A DNA stretch of 64,000 nucleotides from the IMG/VR virus record IMGVR_UViG_3300044641_009318; one strand, given 5' to 3'. The notes under the pieces were generated by a model. It searched no databases. It worked only from the letters and a program-made list of their open reading frames with translations, and had not been told where the DNA came from. Positions 29,030 through 37,722 of the stretch are shown in pieces. The position numbers were made by a program, and so were the translations under genes. This DNA comes from an uncultured virus (IMG/VR IMGVR_UViG_3300044641_009318). Its lineage: Duplodnaviria > Heunggongvirae > Uroviricota > Caudoviricetes. Position 1 is the first letter of the stretch. Each line of letters opens with the position of its first letter.

Positions 29030-31300
29030 ATGCTATTAACAATATTACTATCACTTGGACTTCAGTCACAAGTTGATACTACAGGTTTGGAGGGTCAACT
29101 CGAAGAAGTTACAGTAAAAACAACATTTAAAAGAGAATCCCAAGGTTCTGTAAACCTTCAGGCAAAAACCAGTGTGACAATGGTGGATGGGATGTCCCAA
29201 GAAATAATTAAAAAAAGTCCCGATAAAAACTTAAGTGAGACACTCAAAAGAGTTGGGGGTCTTACCATTCAGGGTGACCGATTCGTAATCATCCGTGGAC
29301 TTAACGACCGATATAATTCAGTACTTCTTAATGGAGCCCTTCTTTCATCAACCGAACCTGACAGAAGGGCTTTTTCATTTGACATCATCCCAAGTAATGT
29401 TGTGGAAAATATGATGGTAAACAAAACGGCAAGTGCTAACCTACCGAATGACTTTGCTGGCGGTGTAATCCAAATCAACACAAAGAGTGAATTTGTCGAC
29501 GCTGGTCAATCATTTTCTGTTGGCACATCTTATGGTACTTTGTCTACTTTTCAACCAAGTCAGTATGTGAAGTTCAGTGACCTACCAAATCTTTTTCCAA
29601 CGACCAAAGAATTCAGGATGAGTTCACTCGAGGAAAGGAGATATTTCACCTCAATGATTCCGACAACCTTTGAGATTCAAGACAGAACAAATCCTCTAAA
29701 CTTCAACTTCAATTATTCTATCATTAATAGAGTTCGTTTGAAAGAAGGTGGATTCGGATTCGTCGCTAATGTAATTTACAGGAATTCAAACTCAATTACC
29801 TACTCCAATAGGAGGGACTACCAGTCTTTGACGGAGTTAACTTATGATTACAATGACAGGGTAAATACAAACACACAAAACTTAAGTGTTATGTTCAATC
29901 CGACTTTTCTACTTGGTTCCAAGAAGTTTACGGTAAGAAATCTATTCAATTATCAGGGTGAGAATCTTTTTATTCACAGAACTGGTGAGAATTACGACAA
30001 CCTACAAGAACTTGATTACACAAACTCTATTGGATATAAAAAGTTCATCTACACTTCTCAATATGAAAAAACTTGGTTGAACAAAACTTTTGGAGTGAAT
30101 TACTTTTGGATGAACCGTAATCAACCTGACTACAGGATTACTCCATTGGCTCGTTCATTAGGTTCACAAGACACCATGAATTTTGTATGGAGGGACACCT
30201 ACAGATTTTGGTCTAAAATGAATGAACATGGACTTGGAACTCATTACAATATTACGGGTAAAAAATTAAGTTGGGGAATCACTGAACAATTCAAACTTAG
30301 AATGTTTGACGCAAGAGTGTTCAGGTATAGTGATAAAATAACTTTGAGTGAAATCACAAACAATACTGATAGTTACAATGGTGGGTCAAACCTCTTGGCG
30401 GGTTTTGTAATGTTTACCGGTAAAGTTGGAAGACTTAACTACTCAGGAGGTCTTAGAAACGAAAACCAAAACTTTTTGGTAAACACTGCTGATTTTAGCG
30501 GAAGACAAATACAAGTCTTCAGAAACTATTTCGACTTCCTTCCTTCAGTAAACTTGAACTATAACTTAACCGAGTCTAATAACCTTAGATTTTCAACAAG
30601 TCAGACGGTTGCTCGTCCTGAGTTTAGGGAGGTAAGCAATTTTGCTTTCTATGATTTTGTAAGAAATGCTCAAGTGATTGGTAATCCAAATCTTGAGAAG
30701 TCAAAGATTACAAATGTAGATTTAAGATATGAGAGTTTCTTCACACCAACTGAAAACTTCTCAACCTCGGTATTTTTCAAACATTTTAACAACCCGATTG
30801 AACAAGTGGTTGCTAATGGTTCATCACCAAGCAATTTGATTCTGACTTATTCTAATCCAAATCAGGCTGTGTTGTTCGGTGGTGAGATGGAGCTCAGAAA
30901 AAAAATCGGAGAACAATTCACGGTTTCGACAAACTTAAGTTACATCAACTCAAGTGTAACAGTAAATGGAATGACAAGACCACTACAAGGTCAGTCTCCA
31001 TACATAATTAACACAGGTGTATTCTACACCAAGAAAAACATTTCTGTTTCGTTATTCTACAATAGAATCGGGGAGAGAATATCAGCAGTTGGATTCAACG
31101 GATACTCCGACATTTATGAAAACGGAAGGGACCTCGTAGACGCGACGGTCCAATATAAAACCAAAAAGATGGAGTTTAAACTCGGATTGACTGACTTTTT
31201 ATCTCAAGGAACGATTCTATATCAGAAGTTACCGAACAGGAATTTAATAAACACAATAAACGAGAAAACAATCTCAATTTCACTAAATTACAAACTATGA
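29030..31300 (+). CDS. TonB-dependent outer-membrane receptor
   Basis: Signal peptide; LEEVTV TonB-box-like; plug IRGLNDRYNSVLLNG..DIIPS..FAGGVIQI; barrel TVARPEFRE, GNPNL, C-terminal ISLNYKL. Confidence 0.9.
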   Translation: MLLTILLSLGLQSQVDTTGLEGQLEEVTVKTTFKRESQGSVNLQAKTSVTMVDGMSQEIIKKSPDKNLSETLKRVGGLTIQGDRFVIIRGLNDRYNSVLLNGALLSSTEPDRRAFSFDIIPSNVVENMMVNKTASANLPNDFAGGVIQINTKSEFVDAGQSFSVGTSYGTLSTFQPSQYVKFSDLPNLFPTTKEFRMSSLEERRYFTSMIPTTFEIQDRTNPLNFNFNYSIINRVRLKEGGFGFVANVIYRNSNSITYSNRRDYQSLTELTYDYNDRVNTNTQNLSVMFNPTFLLGSKKFTVRNLFNYQGENLFIHRTGENYDNLQELDYTNSIGYKKFIYTSQYEKTWLNKTFGVNYFWMNRNQPDYRITPLARSLGSQDTMNFVWRDTYRFWSKMNEHGLGTHYNITGKKLSWGITEQFKLRMFDARVFRYSDKITLSEITNNTDSYNGGSNLLAGFVMFTGKVGRLNYSGGLRNENQNFLVNTADFSGRQIQVFRNYFDFLPSVNLNYNLTESNNLRFSTSQTVARPEFREVSNFAFYDFVRNAQVIGNPNLEKSKITNVDLRYESFFTPTENFSTSVFFKHFNNPIEQVVANGSSPSNLILTYSNPNQAVLFGGEMELRKKIGEQFTVSTNLSYINSSVTVNGMTRPLQGQSPYIINTGVFYTKKNISVSLFYNRIGERISAVGFNGYSDIYENGRDLVDATVQYKTKKMEFKLGLTDFLSQGTILYQKLPNRNLINTINEKTISISLNYKL

Positions 31301-32502
31301 AAAAGTTAACAGCTTTTCTATTATCCTCACTTTTAATTTTTACATCATGTGAGGATGAAATCATTGACCCAAACGAACTTGTTCTTCAGGGTACTTTAAC
31401 TGAGGATAAAACCCTCACAAAGGATAAACTATGGACTCTTAAAGGATATGTCTTCGTCCCTGAGGGAATTACCCTTACCATTGAAGAAGGAACCACCATT
31501 CACAGTGACATCGCTGAGAAAGGGGCTCTTATTATCGAACGTGGTGGAAAGATTATGGCTGAAGGAACCGCGGATGAACCAATCGTATTTACATCAGGAA
31601 ACGCTTTCCCACAATCAGGTGACTGGGGTGGTATTGTAATCTTAGGTAGAGCAAAGACCAACCAAATTGAACCAATCATCGAAGGTGGGGTCGGAAAAAA
31701 TTATGGTGGAGAAGACGATGCTGATAACTCAGGAGTTTTCAAGTATGTGAGAATTGAATACGCTGGAATCGCTGCGTTTGCTAATTCAGAATTAAATGCA
31801 CTCACTTTAGGGGGTGTCGGTAGTGGAACCGTGGTTGAATATGTTGAGTGTTATTACTCGTTTGATGATGCGTTTGAGTTCTTTGGTGGAACTGTTTCAC
31901 CTAAATACTTGGTGGCGGTTGGAACAGGTGACGATGATTACGACTTTGACTTCGGATACAGAGGAACCATCCAATACGCAATTTCAAAAAGAGACCCTTT
32001 GTTTGTTGACGGAGCGGATGCTGGTAACGGTATTGAATGCGATAACGACGGAGCTGGTTCAACCCTTACCCCAACAACCAAACCAACCCTTCTTAACTTC
32101 ACACTCGTAGGTCCTGTTTTAACTCAGTCTCTCACAAACCACAACTTGGCGATGAGATTCAGAAGAGGAACAAACTTCGTAGTTAAAAACTCAGTATTTT
32201 ATGGATACATGAAAGGTGGTTTACAGATTGAGAGTGACATCACAGTACAATCGTTTAAAAATGGTGTTTCTGAATTCACAGGAAATGTTGTTCACAGCGT
32301 TGACACAACTAAAATCCTTATCACAAAGTCTCCATTAATTTTATCATTGGAAGAGATGACTACCAAAGTTGTGAATGACAACAATACACTTTGGACATCT
32401 TCCACATCACCCGTTACAAATGGTTTTGAAACCTTGAATGGTAACGTAGGTGCTATCCCTCAAGGAACCACTAACTGGCTCCTTGGTTGGACCAAATTCT
32501 AA
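31297..32502 (+). CDS. surface lipoprotein (beta-helix-like) partner of the TonB receptor
   Basis: Lipobox IFTSC; GDWGGIVILG, DNSGVFKYVRIEYAG, ELNALTLGGVGSGT, DDAFEFFGG. Confidence 0.8.
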   Translation: MKKLTAFLLSSLLIFTSCEDEIIDPNELVLQGTLTEDKTLTKDKLWTLKGYVFVPEGITLTIEEGTTIHSDIAEKGALIIERGGKIMAEGTADEPIVFTSGNAFPQSGDWGGIVILGRAKTNQIEPIIEGGVGKNYGGEDDADNSGVFKYVRIEYAGIAAFANSELNALTLGGVGSGTVVEYVECYYSFDDAFEFFGGTVSPKYLVAVGTGDDDYDFDFGYRGTIQYAISKRDPLFVDGADAGNGIECDNDGAGSTLTPTTKPTLLNFTLVGPVLTQSLTNHNLAMRFRRGTNFVVKNSVFYGYMKGGLQIESDITVQSFKNGVSEFTGNVVHSVDTTKILITKSPLILSLEEMTTKVVNDNNTLWTSSTSPVTNGFETLNGNVGAIPQGTTNWLLGWTKF

Positions 32503-32525
32503 GTTTCACAAAACGGTCCTAAAGG

Positions 32526-32549
32526 AACCCCTCTACGGAGGGGTTTTTT
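32526..32549 (+). terminator. Rho-independent terminator
   Basis: AACCCCTC-TACG-GAGGGGTT-TTTT. Confidence 0.85.
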
Positions 32550-32567
32550 GTTTTTTAAGGTATTTAT

Positions 32568-32951
32568 ATGAAAAGTTTAATAATGAAAGAAGAGTTCATA
32601 ATCAAGTTTGTGCAAGTAAAAAACCAATTCAAGTTTTTACACTGGCAAACATTTAGTTATTCCAAACACAAAGCTTACGACAAAGTACAGAAAGATTTGG
32701 ATGGACTCATTGACGAGTTTGTTGAAACCATGATGGGGAAATACGGTAGACCTGAGTTCCCTGCAGAATTCGCAATCATGTTCCAAGATATCAATAGGTT
32801 ATCAATGCAAAATTTCTTGGACAATACTATTGAGTTTTTCTTAGATATGTCCAATGAACTTGACCCAAGCCTTGACTCAGATTTGTTGAACATTCGTGAC
32901 GAAATGATGGGAACCATCAACAAGTTGAAGTACCTTCTTACGTTAGAATAA
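32568..32951 (+). CDS. DUF5856-like / ferritin-Dps-like four-helix protein
   Basis: QFKFLHWQT.SYSKHKA..DEFVETMMGKYGR..LLNIRDEM..KLKYLLTL; start may be 32583. Confidence 0.7.
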   Translation: MKSLIMKEEFIIKFVQVKNQFKFLHWQTFSYSKHKAYDKVQKDLDGLIDEFVETMMGKYGRPEFPAEFAIMFQDINRLSMQNFLDNTIEFFLDMSNELDPSLDSDLLNIRDEMMGTINKLKYLLTLE

Positions 32952-32952
32952 T

Positions 32953-34368
32953 ATGAAAAAAGTTATCCTCGAGTCGGGACTCAGAGATATAAAAGACCTC
33001 AGAAAAAGATACCCGAAAGCTAAGATTTATTTTCACCAAGACTTGGATGGGGTAACCACCGCCTTGGCTATGAAAAAATATCTCGAGGACAATGGTTTTG
33101 ATGTTGTAGATTCTGAAATCATTCAATATGGTGATAGAGAATTTGCGGTAAAAAAACCTGAAGCTAGTGGTGAAGTGATGCCAGTTTTAGTGGACTTTGC
33201 CCACGGTAAACCAATGTTTGTTATTCATACCGACCACCATGACACCCAAGTTGGTGCTGAAAAGGATGCGTCAAAAAGTTTCAGACAAGCACGTTCCAAT
33301 GTTGAAACAATATCTCAAATTATATCTCCCAAAGAAATATTCCCAAGTTCCGATATCAAGTTGATATCTACAGTAGACTCGGCGGATTATGCCAAACACA
33401 ATCTCACCACAAAGGACGTAATTAATTACATTTTCAGATTAGATAAAGACAAGGGTCTTCAACAAAACAAGATGCTCCTTGGTCTCACCATTAACAAACT
33501 TCTTCTCGCATTCAAAAACAAACCAGGTTTTTTGGAAGGTTTGGTTATGAACTCTGAACCATCTTTATTATCAATTTTAGGTAATATCCGTAGATGGATG
33601 GAGGATAATTCGAGAGAAACACCTGAGACACTTCAAAGAAACACTCAGAGGTATCTTGACTCGATGAAAAACCATCAGAATGTAAATGTCGAAGATGGAA
33701 TCATATTCCAATATGGAATGGGTTCTCTAAAAGGTACAGGCTCTTACGACCGATATACATCATTCCATAACAACCCTGACGCAGACTTCTTGGTCATCAT
33801 GTGGCCAATGGGGTTAGTCCAAGCGTCCTGTAATCCATTTAAAAAAGACAGAGAACTTAAAGGGGTTGACTTAGGAGAAATCAAAAACGAGGTATTAGCA
33901 AAATGGGAGGAACCACTTAAGAATAGAATTGTCCCACTGTCAACAATCAAGTACGTAAGTGAAAAATCTGTAGGAGAAGAAAGTGTTGGTTTCACCTACA
34001 AGGATTTTGAAGCGATGTATGGTGATAAAATTCTTGGTATAGAAGGCGGTATTGAAAAGATGAATCAAATTAAATCAATCCTCGACAGACCTTTTAGTGA
34101 CTTGACAGAGGAAGAGAAAAAACTCTTAGACAGAATTGGGGTTAACGCTTGGGATTTGATTAAAGCCAATTCAGGTGGACACAAATGTATTACAAATATT
34201 TCAGGACTTAGTTACTTAGGCAGAGCAACAAGACCACCTGAAGGCAAATATAGATATGATTCTGAATCTGATGATACTCCTTACGTTAAGTTCACCAAGA
34301 TGGTTGGGCAAGAATTTATGAGAGTTCTTAAAGATAAGATTCGTCAGAGCAAGGAATCAAAGGAGTAA
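32953..34368 (+). CDS. DHH-superfamily phosphoesterase-like protein
   Basis: HQDLDG, LVDF, HTDHH, VDSAD and C-terminal SGGHK. Confidence 0.7.
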   Translation: MKKVILESGLRDIKDLRKRYPKAKIYFHQDLDGVTTALAMKKYLEDNGFDVVDSEIIQYGDREFAVKKPEASGEVMPVLVDFAHGKPMFVIHTDHHDTQVGAEKDASKSFRQARSNVETISQIISPKEIFPSSDIKLISTVDSADYAKHNLTTKDVINYIFRLDKDKGLQQNKMLLGLTINKLLLAFKNKPGFLEGLVMNSEPSLLSILGNIRRWMEDNSRETPETLQRNTQRYLDSMKNHQNVNVEDGIIFQYGMGSLKGTGSYDRYTSFHNNPDADFLVIMWPMGLVQASCNPFKKDRELKGVDLGEIKNEVLAKWEEPLKNRIVPLSTIKYVSEKSVGEESVGFTYKDFEAMYGDKILGIEGGIEKMNQIKSILDRPFSDLTEEEKKLLDRIGVNAWDLIKANSGGHKCITNISGLSYLGRATRPPEGKYRYDSESDDTPYVKFTKMVGQEFMRVLKDKIRQSKESKE

Positions 34369-34713
34369 TTTAATCTCGTCTCCTTTTTTGATTTTGAGTT
34401 TTTCCGCGGAACCACCTCTTATTTCCAAAATCAATCTACCTCTTCCACAATAATTTTCACAATCTTCGTCTTTCTTTGATTCACATGGCGGACAATTGTG
34501 ATGGATTTTGGAAATCGTAAGACCCTCGATAAAAATAACATCCAAGGGTATCGTACATTTTTTCATCCAAAAACAATTGGTATCATCATCCATGATGAAC
34601 AACATTCCATTATATTTGTCGGTAAAGTTTTTACCCATCATACCTTCGGCTCTTCCTTTGTCGTCATGTCTGACTTTTACATTGAAGATATTGTTTCCTA
34701 TTTTTACTTTCAT
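34357..34713 (-). CDS. DUF192 family protein
   Basis: GMM..GMLF..FWMKKCTIPLDVIFI..ILEIRGG. Confidence 0.85.
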   Translation of the reverse strand: MKVKIGNNIFNVKVRHDDKGRAEGMMGKNFTDKYNGMLFIMDDDTNCFWMKKCTIPLDVIFIEGLTISKIHHNCPPCESKKDEDCENYCGRGRLILEIRGGSAEKLKIKKGDEIKLLL

Positions 34714-34717
34714 AATC

Positions 34718-34729
34718 TATTTATAAATA
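34718..34729. promoter_or_regulatory. bidirectional TATTTATAAATA palindromic motif
   Basis: Lies in the 15-nt gap between divergent DUF192 and NUDIX genes; TATTTATA reads on both strands. Confidence 0.55.
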
Positions 34730-35151
34730 TGAAAAAGAGACGAGACGTTGCTAGTGTTTTAGTAAAAGTTGGAGACGAATGTTTATTATGTAAGAGAGCT
34801 CCGTCTCAAAGTTATCCAAATACTTGGTCTATACCTGGCGGAGGTGTCGACAAGGGAGAAGAACCGAAGGAAGCTGCTGCCCGTGAATTTTACGAAGAAA
34901 CTGACAATGAAATTTCTGTTGATGATTTAGTTTTTAGAGCGGTCATGCCAAAAGTCAAGAATGGTAAAACAAAAGGGTTGATGTATATCTACACACTGCA
35001 ACCTAATGAAAAAATTTATCCCGATTTGGAAAATGCTGAAGACGGACATGAACATTCCGAGTGTAGATACTTCCAAGTTGACAAACTTGATAAAATGGAA
35101 ATGGGAACTAATCTTTACAAAGTTGTTAGAAAAATTTTTGGTTTAGATTGA
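34729..35151 (+). CDS. NUDIX hydrolase
   Basis: WSIPGGGVDKGEEPKEAAAREFYEET Nudix box; true start ATG 34729. Confidence 0.9.
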   Translation: MKKRRDVASVLVKVGDECLLCKRAPSQSYPNTWSIPGGGVDKGEEPKEAAAREFYEETDNEISVDDLVFRAVMPKVKNGKTKGLMYIYTLQPNEKIYPDLENAEDGHEHSECRYFQVDKLDKMEMGTNLYKVVRKIFGLD

Positions 35152-35252
35152 ACTTTTGTTCGAAATGACTATATTTATGAACTCTACCGTTTGGTAGAAA
35201 CACACCCCAACAAAAGTTTCATTCAGGGTATTGACGGAACACAATTCTGTAT

Positions 35253-35260
35253 TATCTTTG
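35253..35260 (+). promoter_or_regulatory. Bacteroidota -7 promoter of the RNA island
   Basis: TATCTTTG with TTGAC about 20 nt upstream. Confidence 0.65.
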
Positions 35261-35261
35261 T

Positions 35262-35347
35262 GAAACACTCGGATGAAGGAGTAGAATCCTTACCCAAATC
35301 CCACAACGAGTGTTCGAGAGAATATTCATATGTTGTGGGATTTTTTT
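35262..35347 (+). ncRNA. candidate pseudoknot/attenuator leader RNA
   Basis: AACACTCG(35264)/CGAGTGTT(35307); AAGGA/TCCTT; AAATCCCACAAC(35296)/GTTGTGGGATTT(35332) followed by a T-run. Confidence 0.5.
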
Positions 35348-35356
35348 CTGAGTTAG

Positions 35357-35532
35357 TTCTTTAAAATACATAGCGGGATAGAGCAGTTGGTCAGCTTGCA
35401 AGGCTCATAACCTTGAGGTCGGGGGTTCAAATCCCTCTCCCGCAACAAAAGTTTGATAAGGTACTTGACCAAAACAAAAACCTTATTATACTTTCACAAC
35501 AAGTCAGGGAAACCTGACACGTTCTTTAAAAT
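35357..35532 (+). promoter_or_regulatory. two boxA-like antitermination motifs GTTCTTTAAAAT
   Basis: Identical 12-mer at about 35356 (before the tRNA) and 35521 (before the large RNA, after hairpin GTCAGG-GAAA-CCTGAC). Confidence 0.55.
35372..35445 (+). tRNA. tRNA-Met(CAT), initiator type
   Basis: Cloverleaf AGCGGGA..GAGC/GCTT..CAAGG-CTCATAA-CCTTG..GGGGG-TTCAAAT-CCCTC-TCCCGCA-A; 1:72 mismatch and A11:U24; CCA not encoded. Confidence 0.92.
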
Positions 35533-35537
35533 GTTAA

Positions 35538-36280
35538 AAAGGCGGTTTAGCGTCTTCAGATAACCCCAGTGATGGGACTAAAAGGGATGAGAAGGTTTAG
35601 CGACCTTAGTAGTCTCGCAGGTCGATGACCTGACAACTAAACAAAGTACCTACGGTGAAAACCCTGACGGCAAGTGCTGAGGGGGAGACATCATCCCGAT
35701 TTTGTAGAGAATCGGGGTTGAGATGGAGACATCAATAGGAAAAGGTACAGGTGACGGTTTGAGACATCCCGCCGGATGTTGTAAAGCTGGGTACCAGTCT
35801 GAGGGGTTACCACGGGTTTAAACCCACCGTAGTCCTGATTGACCGTCAACTGGCGGGTTGACAGAGAGGTGTGAAGCATTTCGTTCTCAAAAGGAATGGA
35901 CCTTCTCCCGAAGCACATCTTTCATTCTTCTACAAAGCTACATATCAATATGAATGATATTCAATGATACAAGCAAAAGTCTTCGGGCGTTGGTACTGAA
36001 AGGTGTCTAATCCTTCAGGTCATCGGACCAATGAAGGCACGGATAGGACCGCAAGTCCATCGGTGTTGATTGGGAAACTACTCGTGGGACGGCCATCCCT
36101 TAGTTAGCTCGCAAGGTTGAAGAGATAGGAGTATCAGTTGAGTTGGTGTCAACGAAAAGAGTGGTAGACTCAAATTACCGACACTGGTTGGTTACGACAG
36201 GCAACTGTTGTGGACCGAGTGGGGAAACAATAATCCCACCAAAGACTGACCACCTAAGCTCGTAGTCTCAGAGCATTAGC
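35538..36280 (+). ncRNA. large (~740 nt) structured ncRNA, probably GOLLD-like
   Basis: No credible ORF; GC-richer than flanks; many hairpins with GNRA loops (GGACC-GCAA-GTCC, AGCTC-GCAA-GGTT, GACAG-GCAA-CTGTT); next to a tRNA; bounded by boxA-like motif and terminator. Confidence 0.65.
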
Positions 36281-36281
36281 C

Positions 36282-36312
36282 AAACCCCCTTCCGTAAGGT
36301 TGGGGGTTTTTT
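36282..36312 (+). terminator. Rho-independent terminator of the large RNA
   Basis: AAACCCCC..CC-GTAA-GG..GGGGGTTT followed by a T-run. Confidence 0.75.
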
Positions 36313-36376
36313 ATTTTTAATATTTGGTAGATTGAGAAAAGTTTCTTATCTTTGAAGTATAAAACAAAAAAGGGAT

Positions 36377-36664
36377 ATGAAATTGAATTACCACCACATC
36401 CGCATCGAACACGAAAAGTTTGGTGTTTTGGTTAATGAGAGTTTTTTGGACTCCGTCCAATACAAGATTTTCTTGAAGATGGTTCACGGATGCTTGGAAC
36501 TCAAGGAAAACCTTTCTTTTTTTAATGGGACAGATTTTTTAATTAATGTCCCACACAAATACTTGATAGACTCGATTATCATTTCTACTTCCAAGGAGTA
36601 CGAGAGTGAAACGAACCTCACTGAACACTTCAGGTCTAAAATTGAATCGTTGGTTACCAAGTAA
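36377..36664 (+). CDS. hypothetical protein
   Basis: 95 aa; TATCTTTG promoter at about 36347. Confidence 0.7.
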   Translation: MKLNYHHIRIEHEKFGVLVNESFLDSVQYKIFLKMVHGCLELKENLSFFNGTDFLINVPHKYLIDSIIISTSKEYESETNLTEHFRSKIESLVTK

Positions 36665-36667
36665 ATT

Positions 36668-36747
36668 CCTGACACTTTGTCAGGTGGTGGAGCGACTGAC
36701 AATCTGTCAGTCCCAAGAAGGTCAGAGAAATCTGACCTTTTTTTTTT
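36668..36747 (+). repeat. three tandem CTGAC/GTCAG-stem hairpins, the last a terminator
   Basis: CCTGACA..TGTCAGG; GACTGACA..TGTCAGTC; AAGGTCAGA-GAAA-TCTGACCTT followed by a T-run. Confidence 0.7.
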
Positions 36748-37660
36748 ACTCGGCAAAATAATTTTTTCCTTGTTGAAGGTAATCTAATAGGAAGTTTTCG
36801 ATTTCATCAGGGTCTACACCGTAAGAGTAGTCTGTCATGACCGTATCTACTAAAGAGTCAAAAAATGTGGGACTGTCAGTGTTTCCTATCACAATAATTT
36901 CAGATTTACCAAAAACTTGACTCCAATCCTCGTTTCTTAAGGGAAGATTTTCCTCGTGTAAAATTAAATGTGAATTATCTCTTATTTCATTGAACGCACC
37001 CAAATCGACTATTTTACCAACTTGGAATTTTTTTAAATTTTGGTCCATAGTTATCCAAATACTCAATGAAAAATCATTGCTCCCTTCTTTGTAAACCTCA
37101 CCATCTCCGTCACAAAATTCACATTCTTCTGATTCATTACCATTACATTCGTCACAAGTTACTCTTCCATAACCGTTGCACCAATCACACTCCAATGTTC
37201 CACCACCTTGACAAGTTGAACACGGTTCATCACCGATTTCACCAGTACCTTCACAATCGGCACACTCTATCTCTCCATCTGTACATTCGGAACAATCAAC
37301 CTTACCATCACCTTCACACCATGAACAACGGACTTCACCATCTCCGTCACAATTATCACATAAGATTCTTGATTTATTTCCGGTATCTTCTAACAAAACA
37401 ATCAAAAAAGCTCTATCCAACATTCGCAAAGTTTCTTGTGGGGCGAAACCTTTTTGATTTTCCATATAAAGCAAAAATGTGGATAAAAACAAATCTTCTT
37501 TTTTGAAGGACTGCAAAAAAGATTTACCAAACTTTCCTTTTTTTACTTTTCTAAGAATTCTCAACATATCTGAGAAAGTGAAAAGACTTTTTTCGGTTAA
37601 CATTTTAGAAAAAGCACCCCGCAAAGCCTTTGTTAGTGATAAAACTTTTTGTTTGTCCAT
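36746..37660 (-). CDS. protein with DnaJ-type zinc-finger repeats
   Basis: Eight CxxCxGxG-like motifs; no J-domain HPD seen. Confidence 0.8.
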   Translation of the reverse strand: MDKQKVLSLTKALRGAFSKMLTEKSLFTFSDMLRILRKVKKGKFGKSFLQSFKKEDLFLSTFLLYMENQKGFAPQETLRMLDRAFLIVLLEDTGNKSRILCDNCDGDGEVRCSWCEGDGKVDCSECTDGEIECADCEGTGEIGDEPCSTCQGGGTLECDWCNGYGRVTCDECNGNESEECEFCDGDGEVYKEGSNDFSLSIWITMDQNLKKFQVGKIVDLGAFNEIRDNSHLILHEENLPLRNEDWSQVFGKSEIIVIGNTDSPTFFDSLVDTVMTDYSYGVDPDEIENFLLDYLQQGKNYFAE

Positions 37661-37722
37661 TATTGTTTTTTTGATAAATACTTTTTTTCTTTAAAGGCTA
37701 ATCATATCTTTAAAATAAAAAA

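Noticed and set aside
35538..36280. Large RNA as rRNA fragment, RNase P, tmRNA or group II intron; also the 75-aa ORF 35691..35918(-)
   Set aside because: No GAGGAAAGTCC (RNase P), no tRNA-like tmRNA ends, no domain V motif, no recognisable rRNA sequence and no interrupted gene; the small ORF has no expression signals
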